The notes under the pieces: generated by a model
What the model was told of the DNA's origin: nothing
What the model saw: the letters and a program-made list of their open reading frames with translations, nothing else
Database searches by the model: none
NCBI GenBank assembly: GCA_001179505.1
Contig: CDMY01000553.1
Span: forward strand, 1-64,000
Direction of reading: 5' to 3'
DNA length: 64,000 bases
Source of the DNA: Vitrella brassicaformis CCMP3155
Lineage: Eukaryota > Protista > Chromerida
In this document: piece after piece, positions 39,530 through 51,100 of the stretch
Numbering within the stretch: position 1 is the first letter of the stretch
How the letters are laid out: the number at the start of each line of letters is the position of its first letter
Program-made: the position numbers and the translations under genes

Positions 39530-40241
39530 GCCAGCCGCATGCGCTTCATCCGACAGACAAGTCCCTCTCCTCCGATGTTTCCTGTCTACCTGGGCAGTAT
39601 TGTCCCTCCACGGGTCTGTTGGCCCTCTCCTCAGCCCCCTGCAGCCCCCCCCCATGGGCCCCCGCCTCGCCACATCTATGACAGCACACGAACCTCGCCC
39701 GCTCCACTCGCCAGAAGAAGGCCCGCATGTGCTTCGCCTGCCGCCTCTCGTCCTCCTCTATTTCATCTGCCGGTGACGCAGCAGCGGCTGCCATGGGCCC
39801 TCGAACGGGGGGAGTCTCGAATTCCTCTCTCGAACGCTTGTTGCTGATGGGCCTGGCCCGCGGAGAGGCCTCGCTTGGGCCCTCCTCCTCGTCCATGGGC
39901 GCGGCCTGGTCCGGCCGGTCGTCGTCATAGTAGTATCTCGACGCCTCCTGCCGCACCGCATTCATTGCCAGCGCCGGCACACGCAGCGACCTGGGCCACG
40001 TGCGCCTGTTCTCCTGGTACAGCTGCGCCAGCTGCATGTCGAGCTCATCGCTGATGCGGTCCATCTCCCTTGCTTGCGCCAGCCTGTCTTCATCTGCAGC
40101 TTCGGCTTCCTCCTGATCTTCATCTTGCCCGTTGTCTTGTAGGCTGCTAGAGTCGATGCCGGTGGTGTCAAAGGTGACTGGAATGAAGCCGTCCATGAGG
40201 TCATCATCGGACGCATCCTTCTTCTTCCTCTGTTCTGCCAT
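38181..40241 (-). CDS. CCHC zinc-knuckle protein (Air1/2- or ZCCHC-like) with a Pro-rich C-terminus spanning a gap
   Basis: CFRCNGPGHMISEC, CIECGNPGHLTC and CCNCAAEGHTQECC, with an acidic N-terminus. The 3' end is uncertain. Confidence 0.7.
38473..38772. other. Scaffold gap (300 N)
   Basis: N run. Confidence 1.
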
Positions 40242-40348
40242 GCACTCGTGTGCAAACTGTTCTGCCCGGCTGTTGTTCGTTCCCGATTGAGCTCGCAGTG
40301 ACCATTCAGCCAGGGTCATCCGCAGACTTGAATGAGGAACTGAGGAAG

Positions 40349-41901
40349 ATGGCCGACAACCCCTCGGCTGTCTTCCTCAGCAAAGAGAGGTTTAGCCGTC
40401 ACCTACAGAGTGTGGCAGCAGAGGCCCGCTTGACCTCACTCATCAACAACGGACACACGCTGCAGGTAGGGAATCACAGCGCTGTATTGATGCATCCATC
40501 TCGACACTTCCAAGCGGCCGCGTGTGTGTGCGCTTGTGCGTCATACCAGGTCTTGACCTCGCGTGCCATATCGCCGATGCTCGAAAACTGGGACCACCTG
40601 AGTGATCAAGTGAGCACTTGGCTGTCGGAGAGGGGATGATGCCGACAGCAGATGCAGTGGCAGAGTTGGTAAGCGATGCAGTGTGGTCATTCTCCCTTGT
40701 GCTCAGATGTGCGCGCGTGTGTGTGTGTCTTTCTCGTGCAATCAGGTTCCTTGGAGTCAGGACAGGGATGGCTGCGGACAGCATGGAGGGTTCGTGCGGC
40801 TCGTGGTGGATGTCTTGGTGGATCGTCTTCATGGGCATCGAACGTGTAAGGATCCATCTCGAGACGTCGTCTGTCATCGTCCGCCGGTGAGCAAGCACAC
40901 AGAGGAGGGAGGGAGGGAGGGAGGGTGGGAGGGTNNNNNNNNNNNNNNNNNNNNNNNNNNNNNNNNNNNNNNNNNNNNNNNNNNNNNNNNNNNNNNNNNN
41001 NNNNNNNNNNNNNNNNNNNNNNNNNNNNNNNNNNNNNNNNNNNNNNNNNNNNNNNNNNNNNNNNNNNNNNNNNNNNNNNNNNNNNNNNNNNNNNNNNNNN
41101 NNNNNNNNNNNNNNNNNNNNNNNNNNNNNNNNNNNNNNNNNNNNNNNNNNNNNNNNNNNNNNNNNNNNNNNNNNNNNNNNNNNNNNNNNNNNNNNNNNNN
41201 NNNNNNNNNNNNNNNNNNNNNNNNNNNNNNNNNNGGGTGGGAGGGAGGGTGCGAGGGACACCCAACACACATACACACGGACCACACACTTATGCCGGCC
41301 GCTGATTGTGAGAGAGAGTGTGTGTGTGTGTGTCTTGCAGCCTGCCGATATCTCTGAGGCGCACCCCGACCAAGTCATAGACGTGACGGGAGGTAAACAG
41401 ACGTCAAATGGAAAGCACAGGCAGAACTTCCGCAGATGAGACGTGTGTGTGATGTGTCTTGTGTCATGCGTCAATCAGGTGAGTCTGAGTCTGTACGGGT
41501 GTGTCAGTGAGTCTTGGCAGGGCAAGACGACGGTCGCCGACCTCAAGGCATTGCCATACACACCATCCACACCATACACACATATACACACACACATCGG
41601 CGACGTGTTGTGTCGTGTTGTGTTGTGTTGTGTGGTTGTGTGTGCAGGGTGTCGAACAAAGAGTATTTGAGTTGATGCAAGACGGCGGATACACCACACA
41701 GAAGTACTGGACCGTAAGCAACCGTCCATCCATCCATCCATCCATCCATCCGCCTGCAATACACAGACAGGCAGGCCCACGCACACACGCTCTCTTTCTG
41801 TCTCCCTGTACGTGTGTCCGTATGTGACTAAGTCTAAGGGCTGGCAGTGGGTGACGGACATGACATTGGGACATGAAGGTCACCTCAATTGGGTCACCTA
41901 G
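40349..41901 (+). CDS. Hypothetical protein interrupted by a gap
   Basis: MADNPSAVFLSKERFSRHLQ... followed by short GT/GC-AG exons (VLTSRAISPMLENWDHLSDQ; GKTTVADLK; GVEQRVFELMQDGGYTTQKYWT). Confidence 0.5.
40935..41234. other. Scaffold gap (300 N)
   Basis: N run inside a (GGGA)n tract. Confidence 1.
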
Positions 41902-42318
41902 CGGATGGCGGCAGAGGGGAGAGAGAAAGCGCGTGGGCTCTGTCATGTGTTAATCAGGTGTGTGCACCGTAGGAACAGGCGGGTGCATGTAGCGCCTTTT
42001 GAGTGCTCCCTGCGCTCGTTGTGTGTCTCTAGTCGCTCATCGATGTGTGTCACTGCAATGCATTGAATGTGTATCGTCGTGTGTGTCATCCACTCAGGCG
42101 TTAGCCAAATGGAGAGACAGATGGCTGACCCATTGCCGGCTGGCACAAACTGATGAATGAACGAGACATTTGCATTCACAGGCAGAGCGTCTTACATCAA
42201 TGTCACGTCTCCCTTCAAAGTCTCAATGCTGTATCTCCCACTCCCCCAAATCACACAGACGCCACAAAGACATCTCTCAGACCAAATTGTCCCAGACCCC
42301 CACAGTTGAGTCCACTTT

Positions 42319-42926
42319 CCGCCGCCGCAGCAGCAGCATCGCCGCCCACCACGAGGCCTTCAGCAGCGCGAGGCTGCTGAACGTGCTGAAGGCCGAGGCG
42401 GGAGAACTGAAGACAACCAGCGAGACGAGAGGGCGCGGCCTGCGGCTGTTCACCGTCGACAACAGCCTCCAGCGCCGCGCCACTCAGTACCACATCGACC
42501 CACACACGCCCATGTCAACATCAACGGTCAATCGCGTCATCTCGGAGGCCAAGAACGCAATCTTCCCGAAAGACTACTTCGTGAACGGCTTGCACCAGGT
42601 AAGATGGCACAGAAACTGCATGCCTTCAAGATAATGAATGCCGTCTCCCTTTCAGCCCGGGTCGTGAAGTGGGATGGGACGGGGGCGGGAAGGGCAGGGG
42701 AGTGTGTGACGCCATTGACCGTTTGTCTTGACATGGGCGTGTGTGGGTCGATGTGGTACTGAGTGGCGCGGCGCTGGAGGCTGTTGTCGACGGTGAACAG
42801 CGCCAGGCCGCGCCCTCTCGTCTCGCTGGTTGTCTTCAGTTCTCGCGCCTCGGCCTTCAGCACGTTCAGCAGCCTCGCGCTGCTGAAGGCCTCGTGGTGG
42901 GCGGCGATGCTGCTGCGGCGGCGGCG
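42319..42926. repeat. Inverted repeat with ~210-bp arms (42319-42535 and 42713-42926) and a ~180-bp spacer
   Basis: Both arms translate, on opposite strands, as SSIAAHHEAFSSARLLNVLKAEA(G/R)ELKTTSETRGRGL(R/A)LFTVDNSLQRRATQYHIDPHTPMS; only a few mismatches. Confidence 0.95.
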
Positions 42927-44299
42927 GCGAATGTCTTTCAAGGAAAGAAACAGATCCAGAGAGCAGTTCATCAAGCATGGATCAATTCTTTGTGTGGTTT
43001 ACTTTGGGTGTTCATGGTGCTGGTGACAGATCTGCAAACCCAAGAGGCGTTAGGCTTTCGGCCCCGTTTGCCTGCACGCAACCAATAACAAGCTGAAAGC
43101 ATGTGTTTCTGCGGGCCATCTTGATCACTGGAGAGAAGGCCTTGAGTCTGCAGGCTCTCGTGCATGCGTACATGCATGGACTGGTTCCGACTCATCGTGT
43201 TTTCATGCACTGAGACAGCAGTTCCGACTCATCGGGGGGGAAGCCTAGGAGCGATGCCTTTTGGCGCCGTGCCATCTTGCCGCAGCGGGTCGGCAGGCAG
43301 AAGTGATTGCAGCTCATCGATTGAAACGCATGTCAACGTTGCTGAAGTAATTGTGCTGAAGTTTGCGGTCCTGAGTAAGAGAGCAGTCATGGCGTAGTGT
43401 TGGGGCGACGGACGCGGTTGGGGTGTTCAGAACACCGTGTTCTCATCGGATGAGTGAGCGTGACCTTTGTGCATGGCATGTGTGGATAGATTCATGGGGA
43501 CGATGTGTGGACAAGCGAGTGCATGGATGCGACGGTCAAATATATATTCTCTCTCTCTGAGTAGGAGAGCAGGGGCGATGCAGGGCCACCCTACGTAGCC
43601 CTCGTTGCCCAGCGAGACTAAGCACCAGACTGGTGGGCGTCTCGTCTCAAGGCCGGCTGCTGCATGCTGGTCTAGCTCAGAGTCTCTGTCTTTGTTTGCA
43701 TCGAGCAAGCATACAGAGAAGTAGGAGGGAAGCGAATCAATTCAGTCAGCCGCACAGTGTTCCCAGCACTCACTGCCGTGGACAGCCACAGCATGTCGCT
43801 TTGCGGAATTCAGTATGTCAATCACCGAACCCAACCACAACACACCCACACCCGCACAAACACAGAACGACCCAGGGCAACCACCCCCCACAGTCCACAG
43901 AGAAACGCCTTGGTCCGCTGCCGCACATATGCTGCATCCGATAGACCGTCATCTTCTGATTTCCTGGCTGTAGAGGATGTGCAGCTCCAGAGAGACACGG
44001 CCGCATGGACCCTCGACCAAATCGGATTCCCACGCCCGCCATCGCCCACACTGCCGCCATCACGCCTGGAGCGATTGCTGTCTTCCTTCATTCTGCGTCT
44101 GTGTGACATCTTCGGCGAAGGGCTTCGGCACAGAAGCATGCGCACCTGCACACAGACACATGCAAACATGCACACATACACATACAATACCCGAGTCTGC
44201 ATGTTTTTGTTGCGTGAGAGTGTGCGGGCTCACCAAGGGATGGACCATTGAGTGTGGGGAAGAAGAGAGCGCAGCTGCGATAGAGCCAGCAGCAGATGT

Positions 44300-45860
44300 C
44301 ATGAAAGCAACACCACGTCTGTGGGCGAACATGTCAAGTGTACACTGTCCCGTGTGCAGTGCTGTTTGAGCCGCTGACCATGTCCACTCGCCGAGTAGAG
44401 ATGAGAAGTCGTCTGACCGAGTGTGAGCAGTCGCTGCACAACGTCCACGTGTGGGTGGTGTTGGCATCGCACGGCCCAATGCGACCACGATGTGCTTGCC
44501 TGCAGGCAGGCAGGCACGCACCATCAGGCAACCCACCATGTGTGTCCTGATACACACAGCGTACCCGAAAGCGATTTCGATCGTCCTCTCTACGACGTAT
44601 TCTCCGTATCGGTCCCACATCATGGCGTACAGAGGCGCGCCGGTCACATAGGCAAAGTAATGGTGACTGACTGCATAGCCACGCACATACACACACACAC
44701 ACACACACAGAGAGGCACAGGTGTGTGTGTGGATGCATGGTGCGTGGCGTGTGTGTGTGTGGAGGGTCCTAGTGTACCTGGCGAAGAAGCTGGTGCGCAG
44801 CACGAGCAATAACACACAAACAAGATACACTTGTCCATATGTGTCCTCGTGTGTGTGTTAGGGGGTGGGGGAGGAGGGCTGACCCTCTTCGCTCCGCTTT
44901 TCCGTGCTGCATGACGTGTTGGATGATGTAGTTGCCGTACTGGTCGGCACACAGCTTGCAACGGCTCCTGTGTGTCAGCCAACATCCCACACAGGGAATG
45001 GCCGTGTTGTGTTGTCCAGGTGTGTATGGGGGTGTCGGGCGCCTGTGCATGCCATTTGGGAGGGGCTCTGGATCACCGACTTTCGCTGCACCTGCACCCC
45101 CCAACCCACACACAGACAGGGAGGGAGGGAGGGAGAGAGAGGCAAGGATTATCTGTTGCGTGTGTGCCGACCGACCAACCGTTTGTTTCTTGTTGGCTGA
45201 TCCGATGCTCACGGCGATGCTGCCGCCGTCCATGGGGTGAGGGGCTCCGCCATACTGGTGCTGGTGGTGGTTGGTGTAGTAGGGAGGGGTGGGCGGGCGA
45301 GGCGGCCAGCCTGACGAAGATGCCGCTTGTGTGCCTGCACCGCAGGGCTCGCCATGCTACCACCCTGTTGCTGCTGTTGCGGCTGATGGCCGGCACTGCC
45401 CCCAGACTGATGTGGCTGTGGCTTCACTCGCCTCTGCTGGGCGCTTGGACGGCGAGTGAGTGGTCGTGATGGTGGTGGTGTGGGCTGCCGACTGTCGCTA
45501 CTGCTGCTGCGTGAGTTGGAGCATGTCCATGTGCTGGAGTGGAGGCTCATCATGCTGGAGTGGACGTGTGGGCGTGCTGCTGCTGATGGGGATGGGAGTG
45601 CTGGTAGTTCTGCGCCTGTGCGGCCAGCTGCTGCTGCATTGCATCGAATTGCTCCTGCAGGATGCATCGACGAGGGCCTTGGGGTCGTTGATGCTCGTCG
45701 TGTCCATCCCGCCCATGATGCGCTGCATCGCCTTCTCCCAGCCGCTGAGGGGGGTCGATCGGGTCTGTACTGCCGTCGGGGGCGCTGTGGTCAAAGCACT
45801 CAATGGCTGATGAATAGACAGACAGGTGATGTGTGTGGGGGCTGTCGGGAATTAGCCGCA
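44300..45860 (-). CDS. PUF/Pumilio-like repeat protein (partial or degenerate)
   Basis: LCADQYGNYIIQHVMQHG, PLYAMMWDRYGEYVVERTI and GKHIV. Gln/His-rich upstream exons. Boundaries uncertain. Confidence 0.55.
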
Positions 45861-46073
45861 CTGACGGTCGTTGCCGTGGTTGAAGTCTTGCTCCACATCA
45901 CGACTCCTCTACCGAGACCAATGCTGCTAAACGGACAAGCACCCAGGATGGACGCCACGCCGTCACATTCACAGTTACACTCTCCCCTTCCCAGCAGCAC
46001 CATTAGTAGTCGGTGAGGGTGTGGCCATGTTGGGGACGATTTGGCGCCGTTGGGGACCTCTACGGTGGCTTCG

Positions 46074-48009
46074 TCATACAGCAAATGAAATCACAGAACC
46101 TCTCGCACCACGGCCGTTCCACCGGCTGCATACAGCCAACCACACACAACAGACAGAGACACACATGCCAATGCAATCTCGCTCCCTTGGTTGCTCCCCA
46201 CACGTGTCTGCCTGCCTCCAGGCCTTCTGACCTCTCGTTCCGCAGCGCTCCATCCCGAGTCGCGGTCGGCAGGGGGGAGGCTGTGCCAGGGGGGCTGTAA
46301 GGGGGCCGGGGCGAAGAAGCGGGGCTTGTGCGGCACGGAAGCCTCCAAGAGCGGCGCTTGGTACACAACGGCTGTGGCTGGCACTTGCCCGGGCCTGCAT
46401 GGAAAGGAAACGAACATTCTTGGATCCACACATGTGAAGTCGGGCGGATGACCGGCACGCCGCTGGTGGCTTCCACGTCTGGTCTGCCGCAAGATGAACA
46501 TCTTGAAGTGCTTCCTCGTTCTTCTTCAGGAGGCTCCTTCGAAAGGATGCATTCTGCGACAGCGGGGCCGCGTCTCGCCTGCGTAGATAAGCACGCCGCA
46601 GAGAAACCACAGACGGACGGTAAGCGTGCAAATGGATGTGGCAGACAAACTTTTGCCGTCTCACGTGTCTGAGTCCGGGGTCTGTGTCGATGGCCTCTGA
46701 GGCTCTCCAAACCAGGGGTGTTGGAGAGCCTCAGAGGCCGACGGTCTCTTGCTGGGGTCCACGTGCAGCAGGCGGCGGACTAAGTCAACGGCGTCGGGGA
46801 AGCGTTCCTTGGTTCGCTTGCGAAACGCGAAGCCCTGACAGACAGACAGACAGACGCACAGAGAGCACACCACTTACTTGTAAGCTCGCTGAGTGAGTGG
46901 CTGCGTACCTTGTTGATGGCCTTGATGGATTCCTTGGAGTTTCGGCATTCCGTCAGTCGGAAAGGGGCACGGCCCTCGAGAAGCATGTAGCTGCACAGAT
47001 ACACACATGGATGGCCAGAGAGTAGGTGAGCATGGCCGCCTCTCTGCGTCCGTGTTTCACGTACAGCGCAACGCCACAGGCCCAGATGTCCGAGCTCTGG
47101 GTGAATCGCCCTCTGAAACACTCGGGAGACTAACAAAGAAATATATGCGGCGAATGAAGAGATGAAAGCCGCGCACGGTTCTTTGCTGATTATTGTGTCA
47201 GTCAGTCTTGGTTCACCATATAGGCGTGTGTGCCCACGACGCCCAGCTTGTCCTCTCTGCCGAGCGGAGTCGCGAACTCTAGGTCGATGAGCTTCACCTT
47301 GAATTCATCTCGAGAGGGCTCTTGGTTGGCAAACATGACGTTGTCAAGCTTGACGTCACGATGGACTAGCTGCAATCAACGCACACAAAGACATCCACAA
47401 GTCTGCATCTCGCCGAGTGCAGCCAGCAGCCACGTACCCCGTGCTGATGCAAATGCTCCACACCGCCGAGGATGCCGGCCATCACTTTCTTGAAGGCTTC
47501 CTCGCTCTCCATCGCCTTCCCCCCCTCGTCGAAATAGTCGCACACTGTGGGCCCCCAGATGCGCTCCATCAGCACGCAGACACACTTGCTGTCCTCGGCC
47601 AGCTGCTCCACGGTCACGATGTTGGGATGAGGGTTGAGCCGCACACGGTCAAAGGCCTCGCAGGCCGTCTTGACCGAGAACCTGCAGATGTTCATCCATG
47701 TGTATGCAGCTGCTAGTGTCCAATTGAAAGCGATGCCTACCCTTTGGGCCTTTTTGTCTTCTTCCAGAAGGTCTGGAGGACGTATGGCTGCTGATCTCGG
47801 CTCACTCGTTCCAACACCGACCTGGTTACGCTGCACACAACAAGCACCTGTGTGACGCCGCCCGCCGTTGTCTTTCATCAAGCTTACTCTCCGATGTGCA
47901 TGAAGTCATCGTCATCATCCCACTTGAAGAGCTTGTTCGTGTCCTCCACCTGCTCGGCGAAGCTCACCATAGGCCCGCTCGCCTTCCGTCCCTTCCTCTT
48001 CACAACCAT
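46074..48009 (-). CDS. CAMK-like protein kinase domain with degenerate N-lobe motifs
   Basis: PHPNIV, VLMERIWG, LVHRDVKLDNVMF, VKLIDLEFA, GTHAYMSPE, SDIWACGV, DLVRRLLHVDPSKRPSASEALQHPW. The C-terminal extension is tentative. Confidence 0.85.
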
Positions 48010-48040
48010 TTTCCCCGTCGACAAATCTCTCTGCTGTGTT

Positions 48041-48050
48041 GATCTCCAAC
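48041..48050. promoter_or_regulatory. Candidate promoter motif GATCTCCAAC (also at 11241 and 56288)
   Basis: Exact 10-mer found in three head-to-head intergenic spacers. Confidence 0.45.
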
Positions 48051-48164
48051 ACGTGGTGTTGCTGCAGCGCACAGATCTTTGGGGAAATCCAAAAAGCTCG
48101 CCAAAGAGCTCGCAAATGAGAAGGAGGAAGGAAAACATCGGACTTGGATGAGAATTCGAGGAAG

Positions 48165-51100
48165 ATGGCAGACAACCCCTCTGCACCGTGCTTTGGTGAT
48201 TTCGTCTTCAATCCGGCCCGCAGCCCCTTCAAGCCTTCGCGGCCCAAGCCGCTGCGTCCAAGAGGGGCAGCGGAGAAGAGGAGACCGGCTGGAGGTCAGA
48301 GTGCAAGCAGCGCGCCAGATGCAGCACGCGGCTTTGCAGGAGAGAGGGGGAGGGCGGCCGCTGGGAGTGCGGCAGCTCCATCTATGTCACAAGAGGACCC
48401 GATTGAGGAGGTCGGCAACGGGGAGCCCAGCGATGATCCGATCGATGACGCCACGCAGACTCATCGCCCGTCGGAGCCTGTGCACTTGTCTTCGCGGCAG
48501 ATGCGTCAGCTCTTCTATGCGCCACTGAGAGCCCGTCCACCACGGGCACCAGTGCCTGCCCCTCGTCCCTCTGATGCCGACAACCAGGGCGACACTGTGT
48601 CGACATCTCATCGTCACTCGGCCCCCTCTGTGCAGCCGCCCATCCATCACCCGTCCCCTCCCATGCGGCCTGTCCCTCGCCCACGCCCTCCCCAAGCCCA
48701 CCGCCCTCCCTCTGCCCCCTCGCAGAGCTCGGCGGGCCCATCGCAGCCACGTGACTCACGCCCAGAGGTGGATGACCAGACTCCTGCTAGCGGTCATCTG
48801 CCATTCGCCCAGCGGTCTCACTCGATGCGGCCGCCCCCGATTCACCGCTCCCAATCGCCCGTCCATGAGGCGGGGGGGCTCGCTCGCGGCGTGTCGGCTC
48901 CTGACGTGTGGCATGATGAGGAGGGCATGGACATGAATCTTGAGGGCGATTGGGAGGGTGGTGGCTATGACGGGCTGCGTGAGGACATCCGGTGCCCCGT
49001 GTGCTTCGGCCCCTGCATCGAGCGGGCAGGGAGGTATGGGATCTTCTACCCATGCGCCAGGCCCACGTGTGACGGCAAGGGCAGGGAGCCCAAGGCCGAC
49101 AAAGGGCCGCGGGTCATCCTCGAGATGGAGGACGCATCGCACTTCCGCGTGTACCCCGACACTTCGGGCGAGAGCCTCCTCGGTGACCAGCTGGGGGCTA
49201 TAGTAAAAGGGCTGTCACAGTGGGGCGTGAGGTGGACGAGTGACGGGCAGCGGGGCGACTGGGTCAAGGGTGGCGAGGAGCCGAGGCGTAGCTTCGTGTA
49301 CCCCCTGAGGCTGTACACACGTGTGTATGAGACGCTGAAGCAGAGGGTGGACGTGGCCGCCATCCCCAAGCACACGCTGCAGTACTTCACACTCCACCAT
49401 GGCCGACTCATGACCGAAGAGGTCAGCCAAACACACACACGTGGACAAACTTACGAATGCAGTGTGCTGTGGTGTGGTGTGTTGCTGTGTCGTGGGTTGC
49501 GTCAGGCGGCTGCGGCGTATGTGGATGAGCGGCTGTCTGCCCGGCTGAAAAGCACGCTGCACCCATTCCAGAAGGAGGGGCTCAAGTACGCCGTCCGGCG
49601 AGACGGACGGGTGCTCATAGGCGACGAAATGGGACTCGGTGGGGGACAGAGACAGACAGACAGACAGACAGGCAGACGACACGACCCTCCCACCCACCCA
49701 ATCTGCCATTTATGTGTATCTTCCTTCCATCTCGCAGGCAAGACTCTCCAGGCCATCTCACTGCTGCAGGTCTTCCAGGCCTACCCATGCCTCATCGTGG
49801 TCAGTGGATACAAAGGGGAGGCTCGCCCAGTCTGTCTGTCTGTCTGTCTGGCTCTTCACGCATATCTGTGTGTGCGTGTTGTCAGGCGCCGGCGTCAATG
49901 CGTCACGTGTGGGCTGACGAGCTGGAGCGTTGGCTGCCCGACGAGCTCGTTCCCCGGGACCTGCTCGTCGTCATGGGGCAGGACAACGCCGCTGACTGCA
50001 AAATGGGGTCTTACAGGGTAGGCCACACACACACACACTTGCGGCCGGCCATATTTGTGTGTGTCTATACGGTGTGTTGGTGGGGGTGGTGTTAGGTTGT
50101 CGTGACTTCATATGACATGGCCCGCAATCTCGAGGAGCGGTACAGCAGCGCCATCTCGGAACGGACTGAAAAGTTCCAAATGGTCATCATGGTCAGTCAG
50201 AGCCCCGAGCCGCCGCAAACCGACCTTCTCTCCCACCAAGATGTGTGATTGTTTGTGGTTGTCAGGATGAGAGCCACCGTGTGCGGATTCCCGACCAGGT
50301 TGGGCAGGAGCCAAGCTTCGTCAAAGTCTGCAAAAGGCTTCTCTGGAAGTCGTCATGCAAACGGTACTCACTGTGAGTACTCGTTGTGCTGATCAGATAA
50401 CTCTCTTGATGTGCCTGCCGTGTTTATCTGTCTGTCTGCAGGGCGGTGTGTCTGTCTGGAACGCCCAGTGTCACCAAGCCGTATTCCATCTACGCGTAAG
50501 CAGAGCAGACAGACAGACAGACTGGCATCCCACCCACCGATGGATTGATTCATATCCACACATCCAAGTCTCTGTTGGAACCGGCAGGCAGGTGTGTTCT
50601 CTCAACAACAACGTCTTCGCCAGCCAGGGAGGCGCACAAGGATTCGGACGTAAAAAGGGGAGGACACCACACAGAAAACAAAGGAAAGAAAAGGCACCCA
50701 GGTGACGTGCTCCCTGTCGGTCGGTCGGTGTTGTGTGTGTGCAGGTCTGTATTGCGAGGCGTCCCGTCGCTTCGGTAACCACAAGCGTTACGGGCGGTGC
50801 ATCCGGCCATGGGAGCTCAACCTGCTGCTGCGCGAGGGGGTCATGATTCGCCGACTCAAATGCGACGTGCTCACCGAGCTCACACCATTCACCAGACAAA
50901 TCGTCCGAGTCGGTCGGTAGCCAGCCCAACAACACATCTCATCTCATCTCACCTCGCCCCGCCTCGCCCATATCCTTTTCCCCTCCTCTCTCTGTAGGTC
51001 TTGACGGCGACACTCTCGAGGCGATGGCCGCCAGCCAGCACGACGAACACGGCACCGATGCCGCCAACATAGACAGAGACATAGAGGAGGGAGAGCACCA

